Shown here: in pieces, positions 16,919 to 24,848 of the stretch
How the letters are laid out: every line of letters starts with the position of its first letter
Numbering within the stretch: the first letter of the stretch is position 1
Source of the DNA: Candidatus Saccharimonadota bacterium
Lineage (GTDB): Archaea; Micrarchaeota; Micrarchaeia; Micrarchaeales; Micrarchaeaceae
Length of the DNA stretch: 32,000 nt
Assembly (NCBI GenBank): GCA_963705375.1
Contig: OY970071.1
Coordinates: 270,001 to 302,000 of the forward strand
Direction of reading: 5' to 3'
The notes under the pieces: generated by a model
Databases searched by the model: none
What the model was told of the DNA's origin: nothing
What the model saw: the letters and a program-made list of their open reading frames with translations, nothing else
Position numbers and translations under genes: made by a program

Positions 16919-17453
16919 CCGAGGAGTCAAAAGGGGCCGTAAAGGCCCCCTCTCCTCAAATAAGCGCAGGTTGTCATCCAAGTCCTGGACCTCACTGACT
17001 CCGACAGAGAAGAGCGCGCGCATACGCGCACTGTCTGTGATCGGAGATATGCGTTCTGGTAAGTCCTTCAGTGCGTCGGTTAAGCATGCCGGAACCAGCC
17101 CAAAAGTCGCCAAAGCCAATCTAAAGGGCTTCATATATAAGAGGGGAGGCCGATGGCATGCGAGAGCAATAGATAACATAGAGCGCTCGATGGTCATTTA
17201 CACAAAAGGGAAGCTAAGAAGTATGATAATAGACAACAACATAGTCGCGTCCACCATCGGTCGCTATCTTAACGACGTAAAGTTTATGCTAATCGGAAAG
17301 CTCGGTTATGATGAGTTCGTTGAAAGATACAAGAACCTGTCAATCATAGATCTCGACGGCAAAGAGCACAGGCTTGAAACGAGGCTCAGCAAGCTCAAGG
17401 ATATCGAACTCTCACGGGAAGATGTACCGTTCAGTGACATCTATGACTACTGA
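16899..17453 (+). CDS. Hypothetical basic protein, possibly DNA-binding, in the casposon core operon
   Basis: It is a 184-aa ORF that overlaps its upstream gene by 20 nt and its downstream gene by 11 nt, suggesting translational coupling. I recognise no motif. Confidence 0.55.
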   Translation: MVPSTYSRGVKRGRKGPLSSNKRRLSSKSWTSLTPTEKSARIRALSVIGDMRSGKSFSASVKHAGTSPKVAKANLKGFIYKRGGRWHARAIDNIERSMVIYTKGKLRSMIIDNNIVASTIGRYLNDVKFMLIGKLGYDEFVERYKNLSIIDLDGKEHRLETRLSKLKDIELSREDVPFSDIYDY

Positions 17454-17739
17454 AAGGGTGTGCGCTATATGTGGGGAGGCTGATCCACGAGTCCTGATGG
17501 AGAAGCACCATATTTTCGGAAAGAGCAATAGCCCAGAAACGCTTATCGTCTGCCACAACTGCCACGATAAGATTACCCACGATCAGAACCTGTTGCCACC
17601 AAAAACTCGCAGCAGCAAGGCAAGCAAGGCGGATAAACAGGCATTTGAGGATGTCGCCATAGGAAGTGTGCTGGAGCTTTTCGGAAGACGTCTCAAGACA
17701 AGAAGGTATAAGCATGGACAAGATAAACGCAGCCGTTAG
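17443..17739 (+). CDS. HNH endonuclease
   Basis: CAICGEADPRVLMEKHHIFGKSNSPETLIVCHNCHDKITH is a classic HNH/His-Me finger with paired CxxC motifs. The start was chosen at the ATG at 17443. Confidence 0.8.
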   Translation: MTTERVCAICGEADPRVLMEKHHIFGKSNSPETLIVCHNCHDKITHDQNLLPPKTRSSKASKADKQAFEDVAIGSVLELFGRRLKTRRYKHGQDKRSR

Positions 17740-20353
17740 AGTGTACAACAGGCTTAAGGACGATGCCAGGAAGCACACAGCCAACCGTCCGAAAGAGCAA
17801 AACATCCAAAATTATGATAAAATCCTCTGTTTTGACACAGAAACCCGTAGTGACGAGGCGCAGGCCCTGACCTTCGGCTCCTTTGTCATCATGAACAACA
17901 ATGCCGTAGAGGGCATAGGGCTGTTCTACGCACCAGAAGAGGTCACTGCAAGCGAGCTTGCGGTCTTGAAGGCATATTGCAGGAGAGACCCCGCCCTCAA
18001 GCTTTACACGTTGCAGGAGTTTGTAGAGCAGGTGTTTTACCCAAAAGTCTACACCGAGCAGGTAATATGCACTGCTTACAATGCCCCGTTTGATATAAGC
18101 CGTCTGGCCGTAAGCTTTGGGTATGCGAAAGGCTGGACGAAAGGAGGGTTTACGTTTAAGCTGAGCAATGACAAGCGGTGGCCGGCAATAAGAGTCAAGC
18201 ACGTTAACGCTACAGAATCCTTGGTACAGTTCCAGGGTACCCGTCATGGGAAGTTCAGGGGCAACTTCGTTGACAGCCAGAAGATAGCAGCTGTGCTCAC
18301 GGACACCCAACGCATCTCTCTGAAGAGAGCGTGCGCCATCTTCAACAAGAAATACCAGAAACTCGATGTGGAAGAGCACGGAAAGATAACTGAGAAGTAC
18401 GTGGATTACAACATCCGTGACACACTAGCAACCGCAGAGCTCTTCACCAATCTGTGCAAAGAATACAACAAGTATGGGATAGAACTGCCACTGACAGAGA
18501 TCTACTCTTCCGCTTCAATGGGGAAAGCCTTCCTTGAAAGCCTCGGGATAGCTCCATTCATGAAATTGAACCCCGATTTCCCGCCTGAGCTTCTGGGCAA
18601 GCTCTCACAGGCATATTACGGCGGGAGGTGCGAGTGCAGAATAAGGAAAACTCCTACAAGAGTCTCGATACTAGACTTCACATCACAATATCCGAGTCTT
18701 TTCCTCTTGCTGGGTTTGCAGGACTTTCTTATCGCTGAACGTGTAAGTTATCTCGATGATACCGAGAAGGTAAAGAGGTTTGTGGATACCATCACACTCA
18801 ACGACCTTCAAAACCCGAACACTTGGAAACGCCTCAATGCCATTGTTGAGGTTGAACCAGACGAGGATCTCATACCTTTGAGAGCAGAATACAGCGAAGA
18901 CACGCTCACGGTCGGGCTGAATTACGTCAGTTCAAAGAAACCCCTTTACTGGGGCCTGCCAAGCGTCGTGCTGTCGAAATTAATGACCGGCAAGACTGCA
19001 AAGATACGGAAAGCGATACGTTTCATCCCCATAGGCAGACAAACGACATTGAAGAAGGCAACAATTCTAGGAATGGATATCGACCCCAGAATGGACAGCA
19101 TATTCAAGAGTCTCGTAGAAGAGAGGCACAGATGCAAGAAGGCAGGCGATGTAAAGGAGAAGTGTATCAAAATCATCGTAAACTCCTCAAGCTACGGAAT
19201 TTATCTAGAATTGAACCGAGAAGACAAAAAGTCAGACTTGGTTGTTTATAGTGGTGACGAGACCTTCCCAGAAAATAAACGCTTCGAGAAGGAGGGCAGA
19301 CACTACAACCCGATTATCGCCACACTCATAACGGATGGCGCCAAGCTATTGCTAGGAATCGGAGATTACATACTCCAGAAGCATAACGAAGTCGTTGCAT
19401 ACGCTGACACGGATTCGCTTGCAGTGCCACCACAATATGCAGATGAAGTGGTGGCTTTCTTTGACGCTCTAAACCCCTATGACAATGTCAGCCACCTGCT
19501 TAAGGTAGAGGAAAAGAACATCTGGTTCTACGGCATAAGCGCAAAACGATACGTCCTTTACGATATAGACGATAAAGGAAACTTTATCATAAAGGACGAT
19601 GAAGGGAATGAGAACTATTCCTTGCACGGTCTTGGTCACCTCTCGAATCCGTTCAACAAGACAGTAACACACTGGCAGAAGGAAATCTGGTTGGATCTGC
19701 TGAGACTGCATTACAAGAAAATCGGCGAGGCAGAGTTTCTTAACAAATATAGAAACACTTACGCCATTTCACAGTTTTCAGTTTCGACAGCTACCCTAAT
19801 GAGACGGTTCGAATCATTTAACAAAGGCAAGAGCTACAATAAGAAGATAAAACCGTTCAATTTCTTCTTGATAGGATTCGGAAATAACGAAGCCGTGAAG
19901 CCCATTGCTCCGTTCTGCAATGATGCGCAAGCAATGCCCTATGGTGATTTTATAAACTACAAGAACGGGAAGAAAATGAACGGTCAGCAGCACTTCAAAT
20001 CACTGTCGGATGAGCTATGGTCGTACAACAACCATCCCGAATCAAAGTTAGACGGTGATACGAGCACATTGCAACGCAGGCGCATCATCATAAACAGGAC
20101 AATCTACATTGGAAAGGAAGCAGACAAGATTGAAGAGAACCTTAGCGGTCTAGGCAAAGTATATTATAATGTCTACAAGAGCCCAGAGGATACGCAAATG
20201 ATTATCGCAAAAATCCTTTCGATGTCGTTAAAAGACGCCAGACTTGCAGGAATATCAAAAGGGCAATATTACAACCTACTTGCAAGTGCAAAGAAAGGCA
20301 GACTTCCTAACTTGAAGAATAAGACGCTGAAGAGACTAGGATTTTTAGACTAA
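17714..20353 (+). CDS. polB: Family B DNA polymerase
   Basis: Exo I is FDTET, Exo II is YNAPFDISRL and Exo III is YVDYNIRD. Pol motif A is LDFTSQYPSL, motif B is KIIVNSSSYG and motif C is YADTDSL. The start is MDKINAAV (17714); the ORF opens at 17666. Confidence 0.9.
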   Translation: MDKINAAVRVYNRLKDDARKHTANRPKEQNIQNYDKILCFDTETRSDEAQALTFGSFVIMNNNAVEGIGLFYAPEEVTASELAVLKAYCRRDPALKLYTLQEFVEQVFYPKVYTEQVICTAYNAPFDISRLAVSFGYAKGWTKGGFTFKLSNDKRWPAIRVKHVNATESLVQFQGTRHGKFRGNFVDSQKIAAVLTDTQRISLKRACAIFNKKYQKLDVEEHGKITEKYVDYNIRDTLATAELFTNLCKEYNKYGIELPLTEIYSSASMGKAFLESLGIAPFMKLNPDFPPELLGKLSQAYYGGRCECRIRKTPTRVSILDFTSQYPSLFLLLGLQDFLIAERVSYLDDTEKVKRFVDTITLNDLQNPNTWKRLNAIVEVEPDEDLIPLRAEYSEDTLTVGLNYVSSKKPLYWGLPSVVLSKLMTGKTAKIRKAIRFIPIGRQTTLKKATILGMDIDPRMDSIFKSLVEERHRCKKAGDVKEKCIKIIVNSSSYGIYLELNREDKKSDLVVYSGDETFPENKRFEKEGRHYNPIIATLITDGAKLLLGIGDYILQKHNEVVAYADTDSLAVPPQYADEVVAFFDALNPYDNVSHLLKVEEKNIWFYGISAKRYVLYDIDDKGNFIIKDDEGNENYSLHGLGHLSNPFNKTVTHWQKEIWLDLLRLHYKKIGEAEFLNKYRNTYAISQFSVSTATLMRRFESFNKGKSYNKKIKPFNFFLIGFGNNEAVKPIAPFCNDAQAMPYGDFINYKNGKKMNGQQHFKSLSDELWSYNNHPESKLDGDTSTLQRRRIIINRTIYIGKEADKIEENLSGLGKVYYNVYKSPEDTQMIIAKILSMSLKDARLAGISKGQYYNLLASAKKGRLPNLKNKTLKRLGFLD

Positions 20354-21552
20354 GAAAGGTGTCTCTTGGTTTTCTTATATATCTTGATCTTTCTTCCTTC
20401 TCTGATGTATTTTTGCTGATACCAGAGTGTGGATTTGTTAATTCCCAGTCTCTTTCTTTCTTCTGGAGTTATGCTAAGAATCTTGTCTCTTTGTTCTGTA
20501 TCATCATTCCTTTCTATCTCTATCAGAGGAACGTTGAATTCTAATTTGTCTCTTTTTCCTAAGAGATAATTTGCAAGAATCTCGACGTTATCATACAGGA
20601 CATTCTCATAACTGAAATTCTCGCCTTTATATGGTGCCTTGTTATTGAAATTTAGTCTTATTTTCTCTATCAGCATTCTTGCAGTCTTTTCTCTGAGTCT
20701 TATGTGAAAATTCTCTGTCACGATGAAGTCTTTTTTCTTCAATTTCTTCTCTTCCAAGAGCTGTATCACGGATAAATCGACTAGCCACCTGTAAAGTTCC
20801 TGCAAATCGCAGTCAAGAGAGTACCTACCGTCTTTTACTTCGTGTAGGAATCCTATTGCAATGTCTAGGCCTATCGAATTTGCAGTTCTTCTAACTTCGG
20901 AGTCCATCACAGAATAGCCATAATTCAGGAGGGCGTTAATCTCGTCTGATGCATTCCTGTTATGGGAATTTAGTGTGTTGTTTCTTCTTTTAAAGTTGAA
21001 TTCGGGATAAAGAGTGTTGAAGACAGCAAACAAGCATCCCCAATACATGTCTGCTATCCGACCCTCGTAAGTCATTATAGAATTTATGTCGTGTGAAGTT
21101 CCTGAAAAGAACTTCTCTTCTCTGGCAAAAGAGGATTCCAACTCGTTAACGTTGATCTCGGGATAGTATCTGGAGAGTTCTTTGAGAAGATTAAAAGACT
21201 GTCTCACTTTCTCTTTTATGATGAGTTTTGCTATCCTTTGTCTTTTTTCTTGGTCCATGTATGCTCTGTATTGCATTATCTTCAATTTGCCTGAAATTGG
21301 TTCCCTAGGAAGTGTCACACTCATAAGGTTCCCATTCCAATTTAAAAGAGACAAGCTGATTTTATGGCTCATCAGCCACCTCATGGCCTCAAAAGAAACC
21401 TGTCCGTAGTTGCCGTCTATGATGATAGAGTCATAGGATATCTGAAAAGGGAAGAATTCCTGTCTCGTTTTCTCTAATCTATTCTCGATGACAAGACGTC
21501 TTCGATCCACGTTTATACTAGTCCCAAAGCCAGCCACCAATAATGGATTCAT
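20350..21552 (-). CDS. cas1: Cas1-family integrase (casposase) with a C-terminal HTH
   Basis: Cas1 hallmarks are present: TYEGRIADMYW (catalytic Glu region), NALLNYGYSV and GFLHEVKDGRYSLDCDLQELYRWLVD (His plus acidic residues). The C-terminal ERKRLGINKSTLWYQQKYIREG is an HTH, as in casposases. Confidence 0.9.
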   Translation of the reverse strand: MNPLLVAGFGTSINVDRRRLVIENRLEKTRQEFFPFQISYDSIIIDGNYGQVSFEAMRWLMSHKISLSLLNWNGNLMSVTLPREPISGKLKIMQYRAYMDQEKRQRIAKLIIKEKVRQSFNLLKELSRYYPEINVNELESSFAREEKFFSGTSHDINSIMTYEGRIADMYWGCLFAVFNTLYPEFNFKRRNNTLNSHNRNASDEINALLNYGYSVMDSEVRRTANSIGLDIAIGFLHEVKDGRYSLDCDLQELYRWLVDLSVIQLLEEKKLKKKDFIVTENFHIRLREKTARMLIEKIRLNFNNKAPYKGENFSYENVLYDNVEILANYLLGKRDKLEFNVPLIEIERNDDTEQRDKILSITPEERKRLGINKSTLWYQQKYIREGRKIKIYKKTKRHLS

Positions 21553-21642
21553 TCATATCCCTCTTTCTTTCGAGGTTATATGATCTTCTAAAGAATATAA
21601 ACATTTCCATCGACAAATCGTCGACAAAATAGACACTTCAGC

Positions 21643-21696
21643 ATTTCAGATTTATGGAAAGTAGGAGTCCATTATGTTTTCCTTAGCTATATCCCA
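21643..21696 (-). repeat. Casposon right terminal inverted repeat (54 bp)
   Basis: It is the exact reverse complement of 6682-6735. Confidence 0.95.
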
Positions 21697-21707
21697 GCAT
21701 TTTACGC
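21697..21707 (+). repeat. Right copy of the target-site duplication (GCATTTTACGC)
   Basis: It is identical to 6671-6681. Confidence 0.8.
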
Positions 21708-21879
21708 TTTCGAGGGAAGGCAGAATGATACCTATTGAGTCAGGCAGTCTCGGTCACATGCTGGAGAGGAGTGCTTTTGGCAGCAAACCAAAGAAAAGAA
21801 AAAGATGAAGAGTGACAGGCATATTCTTTATCCATCTAATCCACCAGCTTCACTTTGTATTTGAAAGGACCTACGGACA

Positions 21880-22002
21880 CTACTCAGACAGCTCTTTCTT
21901 CATTCGGGCATACTGTTCTTCTGTTATCTCGCCTTTGGCAAGCCTCTCTTTCAAAATGTTCAGAGAGTTGTCTGCCTTTGCTTCAGCACCTGATGCTGAT
22001 TG
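21880..22002 (-). other. SHOCT-domain coding segment lacking its own start. It is in frame with, and directly downstream of, the TAG stop of 22003..22212.
   Basis: My own translation reads QSASGAEAKADNSLNILKERLAKGEITEEQYARMKKELSE*. The segment 21880..22212 is 333 nt, i.e. a single frame. Confidence 0.5.
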
Positions 22003-22212
22003 CTAAGAGCTCTTCGCTTTCCCTGTTTGTATCATGCCTGATGCGTTAGCAAAAATGTAAGCTCCTGCCACAAGAAGAGCCAATCCCACAAGTGAAAAAG
22101 CGATTTGTGGAGCGCCAGTCTCTTCTACTATGCCAGCGTAAAGAAGCAATACGCCGAACACCATCATACCTATTGATTGGTCTTTATCTCTAGCTTTTGA
22201 CATTTGCATCAC
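22003..22212 (-). CDS. Small two-TM membrane protein, possibly the N-terminal part of an interrupted membrane-SHOCT protein
   Basis: The TM segments are IGMMVFGVLLLYAGIV and IAFSLVGLALLVAGAYIF. The ORF ends at a TAG. Confidence 0.5.
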   Translation of the reverse strand: MMQMSKARDKDQSIGMMVFGVLLLYAGIVEETGAPQIAFSLVGLALLVAGAYIFANASGMIQTGKAKSS

Positions 22213-22807
22213 ATATAGCAGAAATTACACTCTTTATTTTCTCAGTATCTATATCGCTCTTGGTTATCCTCTTGATATATGCAGACTTGCTAGGGGCTTG
22301 TGGAACATAAGTCCAACTACCAACGTTTTTAGTTTGAGGTCTTTCGACACCAAGCGTATCGCACAGCTCTTTGAGTTGCTTGATGCTAAGTTTCTGCAAC
22401 AATGGATTCAATTCTAGCCTATTTCGGAAGTATGCCTTAGCGTCTATCTGTAGCGCAGCAGTACCCGTCTCAGGTGCAGCAACCTCTTTCTTTTCAGGAG
22501 CAGGTATGGGTGGTAAATCGGTAGCGGTCTTTGCGTCGGTCTTTCCGTATCTCTTTTTCATGAATACCTCAAAGCTGTCCGTTCCCTGTAATCTATTACA
22601 TGTAGGACACAGACAGACGCTATTCTTTAGTGTTGTTGGTCCTCCTCTTGAATATGCCTGCTTATGCCCTGCTTCCATCTCAGTGAAAGAGATTTCTTTT
22701 TCGCAGGCTTCACACTTACGCCCTGCTTTTTCATAAAGGATTTCTTTATCTCTGAATTTAAGCGTTCTTTTCGGCGCACGTCCAAAATCAAACAAGCCTT
22801 CTGACAT
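22190..22807 (-). CDS. HNH endonuclease with a C-terminal SAP-like DNA-binding motif
   Basis: The HNH region is CEACEKEISFTEMEAGHKQAYSRGGPTTLKNSVCLCPTCNRLQG. The SAP-like motif is LSIKQLKELCDTLGV. Confidence 0.75.
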   Translation of the reverse strand: MSEGLFDFGRAPKRTLKFRDKEILYEKAGRKCEACEKEISFTEMEAGHKQAYSRGGPTTLKNSVCLCPTCNRLQGTDSFEVFMKKRYGKTDAKTATDLPPIPAPEKKEVAAPETGTAALQIDAKAYFRNRLELNPLLQKLSIKQLKELCDTLGVERPQTKNVGSWTYVPQAPSKSAYIKRITKSDIDTEKIKSVISAICDANVKS

Positions 22808-23065
22808 GCCATCTACTGCAAAGGACTAACTGGTTAGGAATAATAATCTTGTGGTTGCACAATCGCCCGGAGTCCAGAGCGCAACATGCGCCCTAAGCCT
22901 TGACCTTCATCGCCTTTGTAATCTACTCCTTTGAATTGAACCCTAGCTCATGCAGCACAGACTCAAAGTTTGATTTCAGCTCCAGAAGCTGGTTGCGCAG
23001 GTTTGAATATCTGGAAAGCTGCATGAACACAAGAGTTAAGTATCACTTCCTATAGATGCCGTAGC

Positions 23066-23311
23066 ATGCCCAGCTTGGTGCAAGCGATACAAGAGTTATA
23101 TGATAAACCATTTGAAGTGCTTGCAGCGTGCATATTGGTTGCTGTGTTTTACTATGTGGCGAGCATATCCCTCTTCAGCCAGTTTGCTGCGCCTATCGCG
23201 AATGCAGTAGTGACTGGGCTTGTAGATGATGCTAAGGATGCAATTGCCCCTATCCTGCTGACCCTTGCTATATTGTGGGTTGCTGAAAGCAAGTACAAAC
23301 ACCCTGAATAA
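23066..23311 (+). CDS. Small hypothetical membrane protein (2 TM)
   Basis: It is an 81-aa ORF with two hydrophobic helices and no recognised motif. Confidence 0.4.
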   Translation: MPSLVQAIQELYDKPFEVLAACILVAVFYYVASISLFSQFAAPIANAVVTGLVDDAKDAIAPILLTLAILWVAESKYKHPE

Positions 23312-23354
23312 GACTGTATAGTGCCGTATATCGTTTGAGCAAACTAAGCTATGA

Positions 23355-23445
23355 ATCAAATCTCGGTGGGAGCACCAGTGGTCTTTGACGGTCTCTGAAA
23401 TTGTATGCCACTATGTGATGGCGAAGTGCTCTCTTTTTAATTGAA
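23355..23445 (+). repeat. att-like copy 1: a 19-bp copy of the tRNA-Glu 3' end plus a conserved downstream arm
   Basis: tcaaatctcggtgggagca (23355-23373) is identical to 6655-6673. It is followed by ccagtggtctttgacggtct…gtgctctctttttaattgaa, which is shared with copy 2. Confidence 0.85.
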
Positions 23446-23556
23446 CAGCCGGATATTTTCTTGCCCAAGCAGCTCGCAAGATTGCAAGCTTCCGCAAATG
23501 CGGTCGTGAAAGAAAACTAATAAAGTCCTTCATTACCCATTTATGCAGGGGTTACC

Positions 23557-24426
23557 ATGAGCAAGATAACAATGCGCACTGCGATAGAGCCGAACAAGAC
23601 GAAGCAGATGCCGGAAGAGCAACTAAACGACCTAAAAAAGATTTTAGATGGTTCAAAGCATTGTGGAAAATGGCTGCTTAACAGAGAACTCGATGATTAC
23701 AAAAGCAAATATGGACAGAATGATAAAGAAACGCAGTTGTCCTGTAAGCAAGTTGCCAGAAAGGTTACCGGACAATTCTTGAATGGTGAGTTAGATTTTG
23801 ACGCTTTAGAGAAAGCATGCGAAGAGATAGAGAACTTCAAACAGCACAGGTGGATAAAAAACAGGGACATGAAACCCTTCTTACGGAATGTTGAGGCGGT
23901 GCTTCCTGGGATTGCTGAAAAAGGATGTATTGGATGTGTATCACGCACCGCTTCTGCAGTAGGTCTGCCAAAAGCGAAAGCAAAGCAGGTAGTAATCGAG
24001 GCACTTCCAAAAATCTTAGATCTAGGCTTAGTTATTGGAATTGGTGCCGATTTGGGTGTGGGAACGCTCTCTGACGCCATAGAGACGTTTGGAACAAGAG
24101 GAAAGGATCTGAAGGCTTCAAGGGAACAGGCACTGCTTAGGACTGCGGAGCATGTGCGGAGCAACCTAATATACAGGAAGGATGTTGATGTTAGAGAGCT
24201 TGCAAAGGGCATCTGGATGGATTTTGATAAACGCATATTCTTAGCTATCCGTCCGAAACGTGACGAAACAGAAAAGTTTGTTGAAAAGCTTAAGGAAGAC
24301 GGGAATGTTAGCGAAGAAAGAGCCAGAGAAGCGGCCAAGTACCTCGAGCCACACCGCGTCATAGCCCTCATAGCATCAATAAAGGAATGGATAGACTCTC
24401 GCCTTGAAGGACCAATTTATGACTGA
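23557..24426 (+). CDS. Hypothetical protein
   Basis: It is a 289-aa ORF and the only sizeable gene between att-like copies 1 and 2. I recognise no motif. Confidence 0.55.
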   Translation: MSKITMRTAIEPNKTKQMPEEQLNDLKKILDGSKHCGKWLLNRELDDYKSKYGQNDKETQLSCKQVARKVTGQFLNGELDFDALEKACEEIENFKQHRWIKNRDMKPFLRNVEAVLPGIAEKGCIGCVSRTASAVGLPKAKAKQVVIEALPKILDLGLVIGIGADLGVGTLSDAIETFGTRGKDLKASREQALLRTAEHVRSNLIYRKDVDVRELAKGIWMDFDKRIFLAIRPKRDETEKFVEKLKEDGNVSEERAREAAKYLEPHRVIALIASIKEWIDSRLEGPIYD

Positions 24427-24544
24427 TCGAACTAAGGTCCACAAACAGGACAAGCGGTTGGAGGCCTTTTCAGGCCCGCCAAGAATGGCTAGACGGCTGC
24501 CAGGGCCCGAATAGGCAGTGCGGACGGTTCTTGGATGCTATGTC

Positions 24545-24716
24545 ATCGGTTGCATTGAATAGTCATGAGCCCCGAAGAGTTTCGTGCAATTTCATCCTGT
24601 GGCGTTTGAGAATGCAGTTTGTCGTCGAAAACTCGGTGGGAGCAACCAGTGGTCTTTGACGGTCTTTGAAAGGGTATGCCATTATTTACTGGAAAAGTGC
24701 TCTCTTTTTAATCGAA
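24545..24716 (+). repeat. att-like copy 2: upstream arm, 13-bp tRNA-Glu 3' end, then downstream arm
   Basis: ctcggtgggagca (24632-24644) equals the tRNA 3' end. After a 1-nt insertion comes ccagtggtctttgacggtct…gtgctctctttttaatcgaa. The upstream arm atcggttgcattgaa…catcctgtggcgtttgagaatgcagtttgt is shared with 27973-28050. Confidence 0.85.
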
Positions 24717-24848
24717 ATACAATAGGCTTTCCTCACGTTGAAAACGTCAAGTGCAAAGCGGCAGGACAAGGTATATAAGGATTCGCTCGAAAGTATAAAG
24801 CAAGTGAAATTATGTTTGGAGGAGCATCAGGCGGAGGCGGCGACTAAA

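Larger units (their letters stand above)
6682..21696 (+). mobile_element. Casposon: a Cas1-dependent, self-synthesizing transposon-like element of 15,015 bp
   Basis: It has perfect 54-bp TIRs, an 11-bp TSD, Cas1 with a C-terminal HTH, a family B DNA polymerase, an HNH nuclease and RHH/HTH genes. It is inserted at a tRNA 3' end, and there is no CRISPR array or cas2. Confidence 0.85.

Noticed and set aside
17693-18379. 228-aa minus-strand ORF inside polB, and similar long antisense ORFs (11365..11844 +, 16766..17197 -, 23697..24371 -, 27270..27743 -, 27404..27805 -, 28133..28474 -, 30158..30562 -, 8925..9281 -)
   Set aside because: Each lies entirely within, and antisense or out of frame to, a gene with clear motifs or better length. 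They have low-complexity or odd composition and no recognisable motifs, so they are shadow ORFs.
20350-21552. Cas1 as part of a CRISPR-Cas adaptation module
   Set aside because: The window has no short, regularly spaced repeats and no cas2, cas4 or effector genes. The Cas1 sits inside TIRs next to a PolB and has a C-terminal HTH, so it fits a casposase better.
22003-22005. TAG decoded as pyrrolysine
   Set aside because: TAG serves as an ordinary terminator for several well-supported genes here (cas1, 9634..10266, 10250..11269), and nothing in the window indicates Pyl machinery. A nonsense mutation is the simpler explanation, so this is kept only as a low-probability alternative.
22920-23020. 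34-codon minus-strand ORF (MQLSRYSNLRNQLLELKSNFESVLHELGFNSKE)
   Set aside because: It is too short and has no supporting signal. It could be a real small coiled-coil protein, but I cannot support that from sequence alone.
23330-23354. Possible second casposon TIR remnant (ctaagctat) just upstream of att-like copy 1
   Set aside because: Only about 8-9 nt resemble the TIR sequence cttagctat. That is within chance expectation.
24584-24778. 64-aa ORF spanning att-like copy 2, and the idea that the repeated arms are halves of a split SSV-type integrase gene
   Set aside because: Translations across the three copies do not keep a common frame: copy 2 has a 1-nt insertion right after the tRNA-derived core, and stops follow quickly. 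No integrase motifs are visible. The conservation looks like nucleotide-level conservation.
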